A stretch of DNA of 64,000 nucleotides from Alphaproteobacteria bacterium. GTDB lineage: Bacteria; Pseudomonadota; Alphaproteobacteria; CADEGL01. The notes beneath the pieces are model-generated. The model saw only the letters and a list, made by a program, of their open reading frames with translations. It was not told the DNA's origin and searched no databases. A program made the position numbers and the translations under genes. Shown here one piece after another: positions 20,501 through 30,941 of this stretch; the first letter of the stretch is position 1; every line of letters starts with the position of its first letter. The stretch covers positions 23,654-87,653 of the forward strand of contig JBFXED010000003.1 of the NCBI GenBank assembly GCA_050180485.1. The letters are read 5' to 3'.

Positions 20501-21477
20501 CGGATCGTCAGGATTACCTTGCCGGTCGAGCGGCGCTCCAGCATGGCGGCCATGGCCTGCGGCGCCTGGTCGATCGCGAAGCGGTGCGAGATATGCGGCT
20601 TCAACTTGCCGGCCGCATACAAAGACAGAAGCTCGGCGAAGGAATCGCGCAGGACTTGCGGATTGCGCTGGCGATAGGCGCCCCAGAACAGGCCCATCAC
20701 CGTCGTGTTCTTGACCAACAGCAGATTGGCCGGCGCCTGCGGGATGCGGCCTGCGGCGAAACCGACGACGATCAGCCGTCCTTCCCAGGCCAGGCAGCGC
20801 AAGGATGTGTCGAAGACATCGCCGCCGACCGGGTCGTAGATGACGTCGACGCCCTTGTCGCCCGCGATCTCCTTCACCCGCGCGCGCAGATCCTCCGCCA
20901 CGTAGTCGATCAGATGGTCGGCACCATGCGCCTTGGCGATGGCCAGCTTGTCCGTGCCGCGCGCCGTCGCGATCACCACCGCACCCATGGCCTTGCCGAT
21001 CTCGACCGCGGTCAAACCGACGCCGCCCGCCGCGCCATGGACCATCAGCGTCTCGCCGCGCTTGAGCGCCGCGCGGCGCTCTAATCCGACATGGGAGGTG
21101 CCGTAGGCCACGGGAAAGGACGCAGCTGTGTCGAAATCCATCGCGTCGGGAATCGCATAGACCTCGTTGGCGTCGGTCACGACTTCCTCGGCGAAGGCGC
21201 CGAAGCTGGTGGTCGCCATGACGCGGTCACCCTTCTTCACATGCGTGACGTTCGCGCCTGTCTCCAGCACCACACCGCCACATTCGAGGCCGGGCGAGAA
21301 GGGCAGGGCCGGCTTCTCCTGATATTTGCCGGCGACGACCAGCGTGTCGGCGAAATTAAGGCCCGCCGCGTGGACTTCGATGCGCACACTGTTGGGACCT
21401 TTCAGGGTGGGCGCTGGAACGTCTCCGACCACCAGCCCTTCATGGCCCGTCGCTTCCTTGCACAGCACCGCGCGCAT
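20497..21477 (-). CDS. NADPH:quinone oxidoreductase (zinc-type MDR superfamily)
   Basis: 326 aa from MRAVLCKE. Rossmann motif VHGAAGGVGLTAVEIGKAMGAVV. The longer ORF upstream of this Met is an artefact. Confidence 0.85.
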   Translation of the reverse strand: MRAVLCKEATGHEGLVVGDVPAPTLKGPNSVRIEVHAAGLNFADTLVVAGKYQEKPALPFSPGLECGGVVLETGANVTHVKKGDRVMATTSFGAFAEEVVTDANEVYAIPDAMDFDTAASFPVAYGTSHVGLERRAALKRGETLMVHGAAGGVGLTAVEIGKAMGAVVIATARGTDKLAIAKAHGADHLIDYVAEDLRARVKEIAGDKGVDVIYDPVGGDVFDTSLRCLAWEGRLIVVGFAAGRIPQAPANLLLVKNTTVMGLFWGAYRQRNPQVLRDSFAELLSLYAAGKLKPHISHRFAIDQAPQAMAAMLERRSTGKVILTIR

Positions 21478-21488
21478 CGGATTCTCCG

Positions 21489-22505
21489 TCAGGGTTTGCT
21501 TAGCAAGGCTGGCGCGGCCGTCAGGCTGCCCACCGGCGTCCCGCTCCAATTCCGCAATTCGGTTTGCGCGTAGGCCGCCAGCGCCGTATCCGCCGCACCT
21601 TTGGTCGCACCGAAGCGGCGCAGCAGCGTGGCGGTCGCGCATTCGGAGGCACGTGTCGCACCGTCGTCGATCTTGAGGGCGATGCCGAGGCCCTGTTGGG
21701 GCAGCGAAGCGGCGAAGACGCCCTCGGCGCCCGTCTTGACCAGGATGGTTCCGCCCGCGGCTTCCATGATCTTGGTGCAGAAGCGTCCGATGCCGGCGAT
21801 CATGAACGGGTGTGCCGCGACCGCGCGGCGGATGCGCAGCACGGCCTCGCGACGCGTGGGCGCCAAGACGTCCGGCGCCGCGATGCGCGCCATCGCGCGC
21901 GCGAGGCCCGCCAGCGACATGGCCACGGTCGGGATGCCGCAGCCGTCGGTACCCATGGGCGCGCGGCCTAGATCCTCGCCCGCCATCTCGCCCATGATGG
22001 CGCGGGTGCGGCGCTGCACGGAATGGTCCGCGTCCGAATAGCCGCGCGTCGCATCGCCCGTGGCCAAAGCGGTCGCCAGCATGCCCGCATGCTTGCCCGA
22101 GCAATTGTTGTGAAGCCGTGTCGGTGCCTCGCCCTTGCAGGCCAAGGCCAGTGCCGCGTCCGCGCCGCTCGGGACATGCGCGCCGCATTCCAGATCGTCA
22201 CCGGACAGCCCAATTCGCGCGAGCCACGCGCCCACGGCCGCGACATGTTCGGGCGAGCCGTTATGCGAGGCGCAGGACAAGGCCAGCTCGGCCTCGCTGA
22301 GCGCGAATTTATCGGCGGCGCCCGTCTCGACCAAAGCGATGGCCTGCAGCGGCTTGACAGCTGAACGGGGATAGACCGGCCGCGCCGTGTCGCCCCAGGC
22401 GGCAACGGTCTTACCCTGCGCGTCGCACACGATGGCCGCGCCGCGGTGAGCGGATTCCACCAGGGAGCCGCGGCGTACCTCGACCAGGATGGGATTTTCG
22501 GCCAT
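21489..22505 (-). CDS. asparaginase II family protein (Rhizobium etli AnsA-type, PF06089-like)
   Basis: About 338 aa from MAENPILVEVRRGSLVESAHRG. Pattern HNNCSGKHAGMLA. Family assignment is from memory of the EtA/asparaginase_II fold. Confidence 0.7.
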   Translation of the reverse strand: MAENPILVEVRRGSLVESAHRGAAIVCDAQGKTVAAWGDTARPVYPRSAVKPLQAIALVETGAADKFALSEAELALSCASHNGSPEHVAAVGAWLARIGLSGDDLECGAHVPSGADAALALACKGEAPTRLHNNCSGKHAGMLATALATGDATRGYSDADHSVQRRTRAIMGEMAGEDLGRAPMGTDGCGIPTVAMSLAGLARAMARIAAPDVLAPTRREAVLRIRRAVAAHPFMIAGIGRFCTKIMEAAGGTILVKTGAEGVFAASLPQQGLGIALKIDDGATRASECATATLLRRFGATKGAADTALAAYAQTELRNWSGTPVGSLTAAPALLSKP

Positions 22506-22570
22506 GAAATTCCGCATAAATGGGTGAAGCACCTTGCCTTGCGGGATGGAGGGGTGCAAGTTCGCCCGCC

Positions 22571-23128
22571 ATGCGCGGCTATTTCGGCATCGGCGTCGAC
22601 GGCATCTCCAAGCAGATGAACATCGGCAGTGTGTTCCGCACGGCCCATGCCTTCGGTGCGAGTTTCGTGTTCACGGTTGGCGCCGTCTATGAGGCCGACC
22701 AGGGAAACCTGGCCGACACCTCGGACACGCCGCGCAACCTGCCCCTCTATGAGTTCGATTCGGTTGAGGATCTGCGCCTGCCGACCGATTGCGACCTGGT
22801 CGGCATCGAGCTGATGGACGAGGCTGTTGATCTGCCCAGCTTCCGCCATCCGCGCTGCGCGGCCTATGTGCTGGGGCCGGAGCGGGGAGCGCTGTCGCCG
22901 GAATTGGTGGCGCGCTGCGCCCATGTGGTCAAAATTCCGACGAAATTCTCGATCAACCTGGCCCTTGCCGGGGCGTTGGTCATGTACGATCGGCTGCTTT
23001 CCTCCGGTCGCTTCGGCGCCCGGCCAGTGGCGGCGGGAGGGCCCGTCGAGGCACCGCCTTTGCATCAGTTCGGCCCGCCCGTGATTCGCCGCCTGAAGAA
23101 AGAGACCAGAGGATCCAAGAAGGCATGA
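22571..23128 (+). CDS. TrmH/SpoU-family RNA 2'-O-methyltransferase
   Basis: MRGYFGIGVDGISKQMNIGSVFRTAHAFGASFV and C-terminal SINLALAGALVMYDRL SpoU-type knot motifs. Confidence 0.7.
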   Translation: MRGYFGIGVDGISKQMNIGSVFRTAHAFGASFVFTVGAVYEADQGNLADTSDTPRNLPLYEFDSVEDLRLPTDCDLVGIELMDEAVDLPSFRHPRCAAYVLGPERGALSPELVARCAHVVKIPTKFSINLALAGALVMYDRLLSSGRFGARPVAAGGPVEAPPLHQFGPPVIRRLKKETRGSKKA

Positions 23129-23706
23129 GACCGTTCCTGATCGCCGCCGTTGCAACCCTCGCCCTGTTTCCCGCCGCCGCGTTCGCGCAAGGACAGAAAC
23201 CCGCCGCGCAAAAGCCGGCTGCCGCCGCCCAGAAGCCGGCTGAAAAGGCACCCGAAAAGAAGGACGCTCATATCGGCCATTACGGCGACTGGGACGTGTT
23301 CGAAGGCGCCGAGGGCAAGAACAAGGTCTGCTACATGGCCACCATCGCCAAGGAAACCAAAGGCGGCGGCACGCGCAAGGACAAGTCCTACGTCATGGTC
23401 ATGCACCGCCCAGCGGCCAAGAATTTGGGCGTGGTCAGCGTGACCTCCGGCTATGCCTTCAAGGACAAGAGCGAGCCCGTGGCCGAGATCGGTGGCGAGA
23501 AGCTCTCGCTTTACACCAGCGCCAAGACGCCCGATACGGCCTGGGCCTTCGAGGACGCCAAAGTGGTCCAGGCCATGCTCAAGGGCCAGACGATGGTGGT
23601 GAAAGGCACCCCGGCCAAGGGTGATGCGGCCACCGATACCTATTCCCTGAATGGCGTCAGCAAGGCCTACCAGGAGATGAACAAGGCCTGCGGCGTCAAG
23701 TCGTAG
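23125..23706 (+). CDS. invasion-associated locus B (IalB) family periplasmic protein
   Basis: Signal peptide MRPFLIAAVATLALFPAAAFA, then GDWDVFEG...KVCYM and a later Cys (MNKACG), typical of IalB. ATGA overlap with the upstream gene. Confidence 0.75.
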   Translation: MRPFLIAAVATLALFPAAAFAQGQKPAAQKPAAAAQKPAEKAPEKKDAHIGHYGDWDVFEGAEGKNKVCYMATIAKETKGGGTRKDKSYVMVMHRPAAKNLGVVSVTSGYAFKDKSEPVAEIGGEKLSLYTSAKTPDTAWAFEDAKVVQAMLKGQTMVVKGTPAKGDAATDTYSLNGVSKAYQEMNKACGVKS

Positions 23707-23742
23707 TTTGCCGTCGCGCCATCCCGGGCCTATATCTGGCCC

Positions 23743-24867
23743 ATGGCGCAAGCGCTTTCCCCGGACGACGGCCGCAAGAACCTGATCGGCCTGTCGCGCG
23801 ACGAGCTGGCCGGGGAGATCGAATCCCTGGGCGAGAAGCGGTTCCGCGCGCGCCAGCTCTGGCACGAAATCTATGCACGCGGCGAAACCGACTTCGAGCG
23901 CATGACCACGCTGTCGAAGCCGTTCCGCTCGTCCTTGGCCGAACGCTATCGGGTCTCGCGCCCCGCCGTGTCGCAGCACCAGATTTCCAACGACGGCACC
24001 CAGAAATGGCTCTTGGGTCTGGATGACCGCAACCAGATCGAGACCGTGCACATTCCTGAGACGGACCGCGGCACGCTTTGCGTCTCATCCCAAGTCGGCT
24101 GCACGCTGACCTGCAAGTTCTGTCACACGGGCACGCAGCGTCTGGTCCGCAACCTGGGGCCGGGCGAGATCGTGGGGCAGGTGATGCTGGCGCGCGACGC
24201 GTTCGGCGAATGGCCCGCGCCGCTCGGCGGCCGCAAGCTCACCAACATCGTCATGATGGGCATGGGCGAGCCGCTCTATAACTACGAGAACGTCTCCAAG
24301 GCGCTGTGCGTGGTGATGGACAACGAAGGCATCGCCATCTCCAAGCGCAAGATCACGCTCTCGACCTCGGGCGTCGTGCCCATGATCGAGCAATGCGGGC
24401 GCGAGCTTGGCGTCATGCTGGCGATCTCGCTGCACGCCGTGCGCGACGAGTTGCGCGACGTGCTGGTGCCGCTCAACAAGAAATATCCGATCAGGGAGTT
24501 GCTCGCGGCCTGCCGCAAGTATCCGCCGCTCAAGAACGCGCGCCGTATCACCTTCGAGTACGTGATGCTGAAGGGGGTGAACGATTCACCCGCCGACGCG
24601 CGCGAGCTGGTGCGCCTTATCTCCGGGATTCCGGCCAAGGTGAACCTGATTCCGTTCAACCCTTGGCCCGGCACCTCATATGAATGCTCGTCGCCCGAGA
24701 CGATCGAACGCTTCGCCCAGATCGTCATGGCCGCGGGTTACCCCTCGCCCGTGCGCACCCCGCGCGGCCAAGACATCCTGGCGGCTTGCGGCCAGTTGAA
24801 GAGCGCGTCGGAAAAGCTGCGCGCCAGCCAGCGCGGCGTCGCAGCGCAGCAAGCGGGTGCAGCCTAG
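23743..24867 (+). CDS. rlmN: 23S rRNA (adenine2503-C2)/tRNA methyltransferase RlmN (radical SAM)
   Basis: Radical-SAM cluster CxxxCxxC ([16 protein letters not shown]) and [13 protein letters not shown]; 374 aa. Confidence 0.95.
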   Translation: MAQALSPDDGRKNLIGLSRDELAGEIESLGEKRFRARQLWHEIYARGETDFERMTTLSKPFRSSLAERYRVSRPAVSQHQISNDGTQKWLLGLDDRNQIETVHIPETDRGTLCVSSQVGCTLTCKFCHTGTQRLVRNLGPGEIVGQVMLARDAFGEWPAPLGGRKLTNIVMMGMGEPLYNYENVSKALCVVMDNEGIAISKRKITLSTSGVVPMIEQCGRELGVMLAISLHAVRDELRDVLVPLNKKYPIRELLAACRKYPPLKNARRITFEYVMLKGVNDSPADARELVRLISGIPAKVNLIPFNPWPGTSYECSSPETIERFAQIVMAAGYPSPVRTPRGQDILAACGQLKSASEKLRASQRGVAAQQAGAA

Positions 24868-24952
24868 CGCACGCTTTTTGGAAGACCCGTCTTCTTGACT
24901 TCGTTGCCGAGAAGCTCGGACACTTGTGAGTGCGCAATCGGGGGAGAGCGCA

Positions 24953-25858
24953 ATGACGGATCGAGGGGGCGCGCCAGCACCGGAAGGCTTGGCAAAGCTG
25001 CCGGTCGGGCCGGCGGTGATACAAAGCTTCGATCTTGTTTGGATGAATCGCCGATCGCTTGCCCCATGGCTTGCGGCGGCCGTGGCGCTCTATGCGGTGT
25101 CGTCAGCTATTTTTTTCTATGGCGGCACAGCGGACTTTACCGATGTGCCGTTGGTTGTTCGGTATGTTCTGCTGGGTACCGGAATTTTCGGATTTATCGC
25201 CGTCGCAGGATGTCTGCTTGTCGCGATCATCATCGCGCATCGGTGCGTGTTGCTCGCTGATGAAAAGCTTCTGAAGCATGGTCGACCGTCATGGCGAGTG
25301 ATCGTCCGTTATGGCGGACATGCAATACTCATCATGTTACTTCCATCGCTATGCGCCGCATTTGCGGCGGTCTTCTGGTTTTCCCTCGTTGGAAATGTCG
25401 TTGCGGGTCACCCCGTCTTCTCCGGTGTTGCGCTCATCATCTACTTCCTGGCAGTAGTCTGGGCGGCTATCTGGATCGTCGCACACCTCTGTCTCGTGCT
25501 TCCGGCTAAAGCCTCGGATGTGCCCGGGTTCGGTTTGGGGAACGCTTGGCGCGCTGCGAAAGGGAATGCCCTGCGCATGGCGGTGGGAGGTTTTCTCGTC
25601 TCCTTGCCGTTTATGCCTTGGTTTTTCGAGATAACGAGAAAGGTGCAGGGGGTTCAAACGGTGCGAACCGAATATGTTTTTCGAGGCGTACTTGGCGAAC
25701 CCCTTGCGCGCCTTGGCATGCCAGACCTCAGCTTGTCGATTCTGAGCTTCAGCATCGACGCCGTCGCGATTGTGTGTGTTGCTGCATTTCTTTCTCACGC
25801 CTTTCAGGTTTTGCGCCATAACAACCTTCCTGAATTGGCGAACCCCGAAGCAGAGTAA
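24953..25858 (+). CDS. hypothetical polytopic membrane protein, paralog A (lower GC)
   Basis: About 301 aa with about 6 TM segments and SD GGGGAGAG upstream. Shares LVLPAKA-D--GFG---A-R---GN and C-terminal FLS--FQVLR-N motifs with the next gene. Confidence 0.5.
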   Translation: MTDRGGAPAPEGLAKLPVGPAVIQSFDLVWMNRRSLAPWLAAAVALYAVSSAIFFYGGTADFTDVPLVVRYVLLGTGIFGFIAVAGCLLVAIIIAHRCVLLADEKLLKHGRPSWRVIVRYGGHAILIMLLPSLCAAFAAVFWFSLVGNVVAGHPVFSGVALIIYFLAVVWAAIWIVAHLCLVLPAKASDVPGFGLGNAWRAAKGNALRMAVGGFLVSLPFMPWFFEITRKVQGVQTVRTEYVFRGVLGEPLARLGMPDLSLSILSFSIDAVAIVCVAAFLSHAFQVLRHNNLPELANPEAE

Positions 25859-25871
25859 TTTTGGAGGACGG

Positions 25872-26732
25872 ATGTCAGGAACAACTGGCGCGTTGATCCG
25901 CCACCCACCCATCAATGTGGGCGCCGTCGTGCGCCGCAGCTACCGGCACGTGGCCGAGGATTTCTTGCCGCTCCTGGCCGTCAGCCTGTCCGCCGCGCTG
26001 GTCCTCGGCGTCGCGGAGCTTGTCCTGACCGGTGCGGCCTACGCGCTTTTCGGCGACGATCCCAAGCCCGCCGACTTCAGCTCCGGCTACGGCCTGATCC
26101 TTTCCGTGGCGGCCTTCGGTATCGGGGTGCTGCGCTATCTGCTCATGGTGGCGGTCGCCGTCCATTGGCATCGCTCCATCCTGGTCGCGGAGCATTCCTG
26201 GCGGAATATGGCGATCGGCCTGCGCGAAGGGCGCTATCTGGTCTGGCTGTTCGCCTGGTTCGTCGCGTTCGCAGTGGTGATAATCCTAGTCTACTCTACC
26301 CTGGGCTATCTGGGCTCGGATTTCCGGATCAGCGATTGGCTCGGCGACCGGCCGGGAGCCTCGCTGGTGCAGCTTCTGATCGCCGTGGCGGTTTACGCGG
26401 TGCTGGTCGCGCCATTCTATGTCGCGGCGCTGGTGCTGCCGGCCAAGGCGGTGGACGAGAAAGGGTTCGGCTTTGTCTCGGCGCTTCGTCTCACGCGCGG
26501 TAATTTCTGGCGCATCGCCGCCGCCAGCCTGTTCTTCAAGCCGCCGATCATCGTTCTGATTCTCTTCACCTTCGGCGTTGCGCATCTCATCCCCGAGGGC
26601 GGTGCGGTCGTCCGTTTCTTCCTCTCCGTCGCGGTGGACACGGCCACCTTCGTCTGGATCTGCCTGGAGGCGGGCTTCCTTTCCTTTGTTTACCAGGCGT
26701 TACGGGATAATGCGGTGCCGGCCGAACGATAG
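25872..26732 (+). CDS. hypothetical polytopic membrane protein, paralog B
   Basis: 286 aa with GGAGGA RBS. Paralogous to the preceding gene (LVLPAKAVDEKGFGFVSALRLTRGNFWRIA, FLSFVYQALRDNAVPAER). Confidence 0.55.
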   Translation: MSGTTGALIRHPPINVGAVVRRSYRHVAEDFLPLLAVSLSAALVLGVAELVLTGAAYALFGDDPKPADFSSGYGLILSVAAFGIGVLRYLLMVAVAVHWHRSILVAEHSWRNMAIGLREGRYLVWLFAWFVAFAVVIILVYSTLGYLGSDFRISDWLGDRPGASLVQLLIAVAVYAVLVAPFYVAALVLPAKAVDEKGFGFVSALRLTRGNFWRIAAASLFFKPPIIVLILFTFGVAHLIPEGGAVVRFFLSVAVDTATFVWICLEAGFLSFVYQALRDNAVPAER

Positions 26733-26807
26733 CCCCGCCCCCTTGCCGGGCGGGCCGCCCTGGCTATACTCCGCCGCCATCCGGACACCCCCTATTTAGG
26801 TGCGTCA

Positions 26808-28016
26808 ATGAAGGGCGACGTGAAGAAGGTCGTGCTGGCCTACTCGGGCGGGCTCGACACCTCGATCATTCTGCGCTGGCTGCAGGAGCAATACGGCTGC
26901 GAGGTCGTGACCTTCACGGCCGACATTGGCCAGGGCGAGGAGCTGGAGCCCGCGCGCAAGAAAGCGCAGCAGATGGGCGTCAAGGAGATCTTCGTGGACG
27001 ATCTGCGCGAGGAGTTCGTGCGCGATTTCGTCTTCCCGATGTTCCGCGCGGGTGCCCTGTACGAAGGCGTCTATCTGCTCGGCACCTCCATCGCACGGCC
27101 GCTCATCGCCAAGCGCCAGATCGAGATCGCGGAAGCGACCGGCGCCGATGCCGTCGCCCATGGCGCGACCGGCAAGGGCAACGACCAGGTGCGGTTTGAG
27201 CTGACCTACTATGCGCTCAAGCCCGACATCCGCATCATCGCGCCCTGGCGCGAGTGGGACCTGCATTCGCGCACCGATCTGGTCGCGTATGCCGAGAAGC
27301 ATCAGATCCCGATCCCGCGCGACAAGCGCGGCGAGCCGCCCTATTCGACCGACGCCAACCTCTTGCACATCTCCTACGAGGGCAAGGCGCTGGAGGATCC
27401 GTGGATTGAGCCGGACGCCGACATGTACACGCGTTCGGTTGCCCCCGAAGAAGCGCCGGACAAGCCGGCCTATGTCGAGATTGTGTTCGAGCAGGGCAAC
27501 GCCGTCGCGGTGGACGGGCAGAAGCTTTCGCCCGCGAAATTGCTCGAGCGGCTGAACGCGCTGGGCGGCGCTCACGGTGTCGGTCGCGTCGATCTGGTGG
27601 AGAACCGGTTCGTCGGCATGAAGTCGCGCGGCATCTATGAGACGCCGGGCGGCACCATCTTGTTCGCCGCGCACCGCGCGATGGAAAGCATCACGCTCGA
27701 CCGCGAGGCCATGCACCTGCGCGACGAACTGATGCCGCGCTACGCCAAGCTGGTCTATAACGGCTTTTGGTTCGCGCCCGAGCGCGAGATGATCCAAGCG
27801 CTGGTGGACAAGAGTCAAGAGAAGGTGAACGGCACGGTGCGCATGAAGCTGTACAAGGGCACGGCGTCCGTCGCGGGCCGCAAGTCATCCAACAGCCTCT
27901 ACTCGCTGGCCCACGTCACCTTCGAGAAGGACTCGGTCTACAACCAGCGCGACGCTGAAGGCTTCATCAAGTTGAACGCGCTGCGCCTGCGCCTGCGGAA
28001 GCTGGCCGGGAAGTAA
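26808..28016 (+). CDS. argG: argininosuccinate synthase
   Basis: Motifs [28 protein letters not shown] and [14 protein letters not shown]; 402 aa. Confidence 0.95.
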   Translation: MKGDVKKVVLAYSGGLDTSIILRWLQEQYGCEVVTFTADIGQGEELEPARKKAQQMGVKEIFVDDLREEFVRDFVFPMFRAGALYEGVYLLGTSIARPLIAKRQIEIAEATGADAVAHGATGKGNDQVRFELTYYALKPDIRIIAPWREWDLHSRTDLVAYAEKHQIPIPRDKRGEPPYSTDANLLHISYEGKALEDPWIEPDADMYTRSVAPEEAPDKPAYVEIVFEQGNAVAVDGQKLSPAKLLERLNALGGAHGVGRVDLVENRFVGMKSRGIYETPGGTILFAAHRAMESITLDREAMHLRDELMPRYAKLVYNGFWFAPEREMIQALVDKSQEKVNGTVRMKLYKGTASVAGRKSSNSLYSLAHVTFEKDSVYNQRDAEGFIKLNALRLRLRKLAGK

Positions 28017-28020
28017 TCCG

Positions 28021-28710
28021 CTACGGCAATGCGCTTGGGCCCAGCAGCGGCGCATGCGCGGCCAAGGCGCCGGCATAGAGCGCCAAGCCGAGCGCGATCC
28101 GCCACCAACCGATCTCGGACAGGCGCGGCTTCGCGCGGCCCTGGATCGCGGCCACGAACGGAATGGCCGAGGTGGTGAGCGCGAACGGACCCCAGTTCGA
28201 ACCCAGTGTCTCCGCCCGCCGGTGGTCCATCAGCGGCATTCCGAGCAAGGCCAGCGCGGCCAAGCCGCCGAAGAAGATCAACGAGGCTTGATCGCCGTTC
28301 GCCGCCATGTGCGACAACGCCCACAGCGCGATGGCCCACATGATGGGATGGCGCGTCACCTTGAGGATGCCGGGTGCCGGGTCCGTCGCGTGGAAATGCT
28401 TCTCCTGCATCACGGCCATGGGATTGCGCGTCGTATAGCCGCAGACCAGCAGGATGATGGCGAAGGGCATGACGGCTAACGGGACATAGCGCAGTGCGGC
28501 CGGCGCGGGCCACAGCTCCCGGTACGGCGCCGCGGAATAGGCGGCGGCATACCAGATCAAAGCCGCGCCCGCGGCGACCGAGAATAGGGCCAGGTAGCCG
28601 CCGTCGCCCAGCAGCTTGACGAGGCCGCCGCGCAATGGCGTCGAGGGCAAAAGATGCACGCCCACGAACGCGCAGGCGGCTAAAATGAGGGCTGAGAAGC
28701 TGCCGGTCAT
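28021..28710 (-). CDS. NnrU-family membrane protein (putative)
   Basis: 229 aa with about 6 TM helices and HPIMWAIALWALSHMAANGD. Family call from memory, not certain. Confidence 0.45.
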   Translation of the reverse strand: MTGSFSALILAACAFVGVHLLPSTPLRGGLVKLLGDGGYLALFSVAAGAALIWYAAAYSAAPYRELWPAPAALRYVPLAVMPFAIILLVCGYTTRNPMAVMQEKHFHATDPAPGILKVTRHPIMWAIALWALSHMAANGDQASLIFFGGLAALALLGMPLMDHRRAETLGSNWGPFALTTSAIPFVAAIQGRAKPRLSEIGWWRIALGLALYAGALAAHAPLLGPSALP

Positions 28711-28818
28711 GGCCGATTATCTAGGGAGAAATCGAACGGGGTCCAGGGAAAGGCGTGTCCGCAATAATTCCCATTTTCGCCACATCCTTGTCCGCGTTTC
28801 GGGCGTTCTATAATCGCC

Positions 28819-29577
28819 GTGAACGCTTCCGCGATGACCGCCATGCTCCATGACTTTTCCCGCGCCGCCGACTGGGCGCTGTTCCTCGATCTCGACGGAA
28901 CGCTGATCGACATCGCCACCGAGCCCGCCAAGGCGCGCGCGCCGGCGGGCCTCGCCATGGTGCTGGAAGATCTGCACCGTTCGCTGCACGGCGCGCTGGC
29001 CGTCGTCAGCGGCCGGCCCTTGGACGATGTCGACCGCATCCTGCGGCCACTTAGGCTGCCGGGCGCGGGCCAGCATGGGGCCGAGTTGCGCCGCCTGCGG
29101 GGTGGGCGTGTGCTGCGGCCTCGACCGCCGCGCGCCATGCGCCGCATCGCCGAACGCGTGATCGCGGCCATGCCCGAGGGGGCGCTGGTGGAGGACAAAG
29201 GTCACAGCATCGCCGTTCATTACCGCCGGGCGCCCCATCTCGCGCGCACCGTCAAGGCGCGCGTCACGCGTGCGTTGGCGCCCGACCGGAGCGAGGCTCA
29301 CGTGCTGCACGGCAAGATGGTGGCCGAGGTGAAAAGCAACGGCATCGACAAGGGCCAGGCGGTCGACGCGCTGATGGCGTTGCCGCCGTTCCGCGAGCGC
29401 ACACCGGTCTTCCTGGGCGACGACCGCACGGACGAGGATGGCTTCGCCGCCGTGCTGCGGCGGGGCGGTCATGCGGTGCGGGTGGGCGATGGGCCGTTCT
29501 TCTTGGGCGGACCGTGTCTGGCCGATCCAGGCGCGGTGCGGCGCTGGCTCGCGGATTTGCGGGACGCGCTGCGCTAG
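28819..29577 (+). CDS. otsB: trehalose-6-phosphate phosphatase (HAD family)
   Basis: HAD motif I FLDLDGTL, motif IV FLGDDRTDEDGF, and genomic context with otsA. Confidence 0.85.
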   Translation: MNASAMTAMLHDFSRAADWALFLDLDGTLIDIATEPAKARAPAGLAMVLEDLHRSLHGALAVVSGRPLDDVDRILRPLRLPGAGQHGAELRRLRGGRVLRPRPPRAMRRIAERVIAAMPEGALVEDKGHSIAVHYRRAPHLARTVKARVTRALAPDRSEAHVLHGKMVAEVKSNGIDKGQAVDALMALPPFRERTPVFLGDDRTDEDGFAAVLRRGGHAVRVGDGPFFLGGPCLADPGAVRRWLADLRDALR

Positions 29578-30941
29578 TCCACGGGAATGGCGTCGAGCGC
29601 CGCCAGGAATGCGTCGACCCAATGCGAAACGGAATTGCCGCGCACGCGTTCGTTCATCGCGAGCCAGCGCGCCTTGCGCTCATCCAGCGGCATCGTCAGG
29701 CCCGCGTGCAGAGCCTCCGCGATCTCGTCGACGTCAAACGGATTGACGATCAGGGCCGCATCCAGTTCCTTCGCCGCGCCGGCGAACTGAGACAGGATCA
29801 AGACACCGGGATTCGCGGCTTCCTGGGCCGCGACATATTCCTTCGCCACCAGGTTCATGCCGTCGCGCAAGGGTGTGACCAGGCCGATGCGGCTGCGCCG
29901 GTAGAAGCCGGCCAGCACCTGGCGCGGGAACGGCTTGTTCAGGTAGCGCAGCGGCATCCAGTCAAACTCGGCATAGCGGCCGTTTATGCGGCCGGCCAGC
30001 GACTCCAGCTCGCGCCGTAGCTGCCGGTACTGGCTGACCTCGCCGCGGCTAACCGGCGCGATCTGCATGAAGGTGACTTTGGAGCGTTGGTCGTCGAAGC
30101 GCGACAGAAGCCGGTCATAGGCCTCGAAGCGCTGCGGCAGGCCCTTGGAATAGTCGAGCCGGTCGACGCCGATGACGAGCTGGCGGCCCGCCAGGCTTTC
30201 CTTCAGCCGCTCGTTCTCGTCCGATGCCGCCGCTTCCTCGGCCGTGCGCGCGAAGGCTTCGGCGTCTATGCCGATTGGGAAGGTGCCGACCGCAACATGG
30301 CGGCCGGAGGCCCGCACGCCGCCGTCGGGACGATGCGCGCCATCATTAAGCGCCACGACACAATCGCGGAAATTTTGCGCGTCGCCCTCGGTCTGAAAGC
30401 CGGCCAGGTCATAGGCGCCCATGGATTCGATCAGAAGCCGATGTCGCGGCAGCACGGCCAGGACCGCGGGCGGCGGGAACGGCGTATGCAGGAAAAACCC
30501 CGTGCGGTTCCGCGCGCCCAGCGCGCGCAGCTCGGCGCCCAGCGGAAGCAGGTGGTAGTCGTGGACCCAAACAACATCGTCGGGCTTGAGAAGCGGCGCC
30601 AGCATGGCGGCGAAGCGGCGGTTGACGCGCATATAGCCGTCGAAATCCGCGCGCTCGAATTCCAATAGGCCCATGCGGTAATGCAGGAGCGGCCATAGCG
30701 AGGAGTTGGCATAGCCCGTGTAGTACTGCGCGTGATCCTGACGGCCGAGATCGAGCGTCGCATAGGTGATCTTGCCGGATCGCGCGACAGTGGGCTCGGA
30801 AGGTGTCGCATCGGCGACCGTGCCGGACCAGCCGAACCACAGGCCGCCGCTGCGCCGCAACGCCTCGCGCACGGCGACGGCCAGCCCGCCCTCGCGGCCC
30901 GAGCGCGCCGAGGGCGGCGTCACGCGGTTGGAGGCGATCAC
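29574..30941 (-). CDS. otsA: alpha,alpha-trehalose-phosphate synthase (GT20)
   Basis: GT20 blocks VASNRV, LWFGWSG, VHDYHLLPL and GVDRLDYSKG. Probable GTG start at 30941 overlaps the GH15 stop in GTGA. The ORF-track Met at 31037 would overlap GH15 by 100 nt. Confidence 0.9.
   Translation of the reverse strand: MIASNRVTPPSARSGREGGLAVAVREALRRSGGLWFGWSGTVADATPSEPTVARSGKITYATLDLGRQDHAQYYTGYANSSLWPLLHYRMGLLEFERADFDGYMRVNRRFAAMLAPLLKPDDVVWVHDYHLLPLGAELRALGARNRTGFFLHTPFPPPAVLAVLPRHRLLIESMGAYDLAGFQTEGDAQNFRDCVVALNDGAHRPDGGVRASGRHVAVGTFPIGIDAEAFARTAEEAAASDENERLKESLAGRQLVIGVDRLDYSKGLPQRFEAYDRLLSRFDDQRSKVTFMQIAPVSRGEVSQYRQLRRELESLAGRINGRYAEFDWMPLRYLNKPFPRQVLAGFYRRSRIGLVTPLRDGMNLVAKEYVAAQEAANPGVLILSQFAGAAKELDAALIVNPFDVDEIAEALHAGLTMPLDERKARWLAMNERVRGNSVSHWVDAFLAALDAIPVD

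Noticed and set aside
21478-22188. N-terminal 237-aa extension of the quinone-oxidoreductase ORF (track ORF 20497-22188)
   Set aside because: The extension overlaps the asparaginase-II-family gene on the same strand in another frame and is Arg/Gly-rich. The conserved MDR protein begins at MRAVLCKE (21477).
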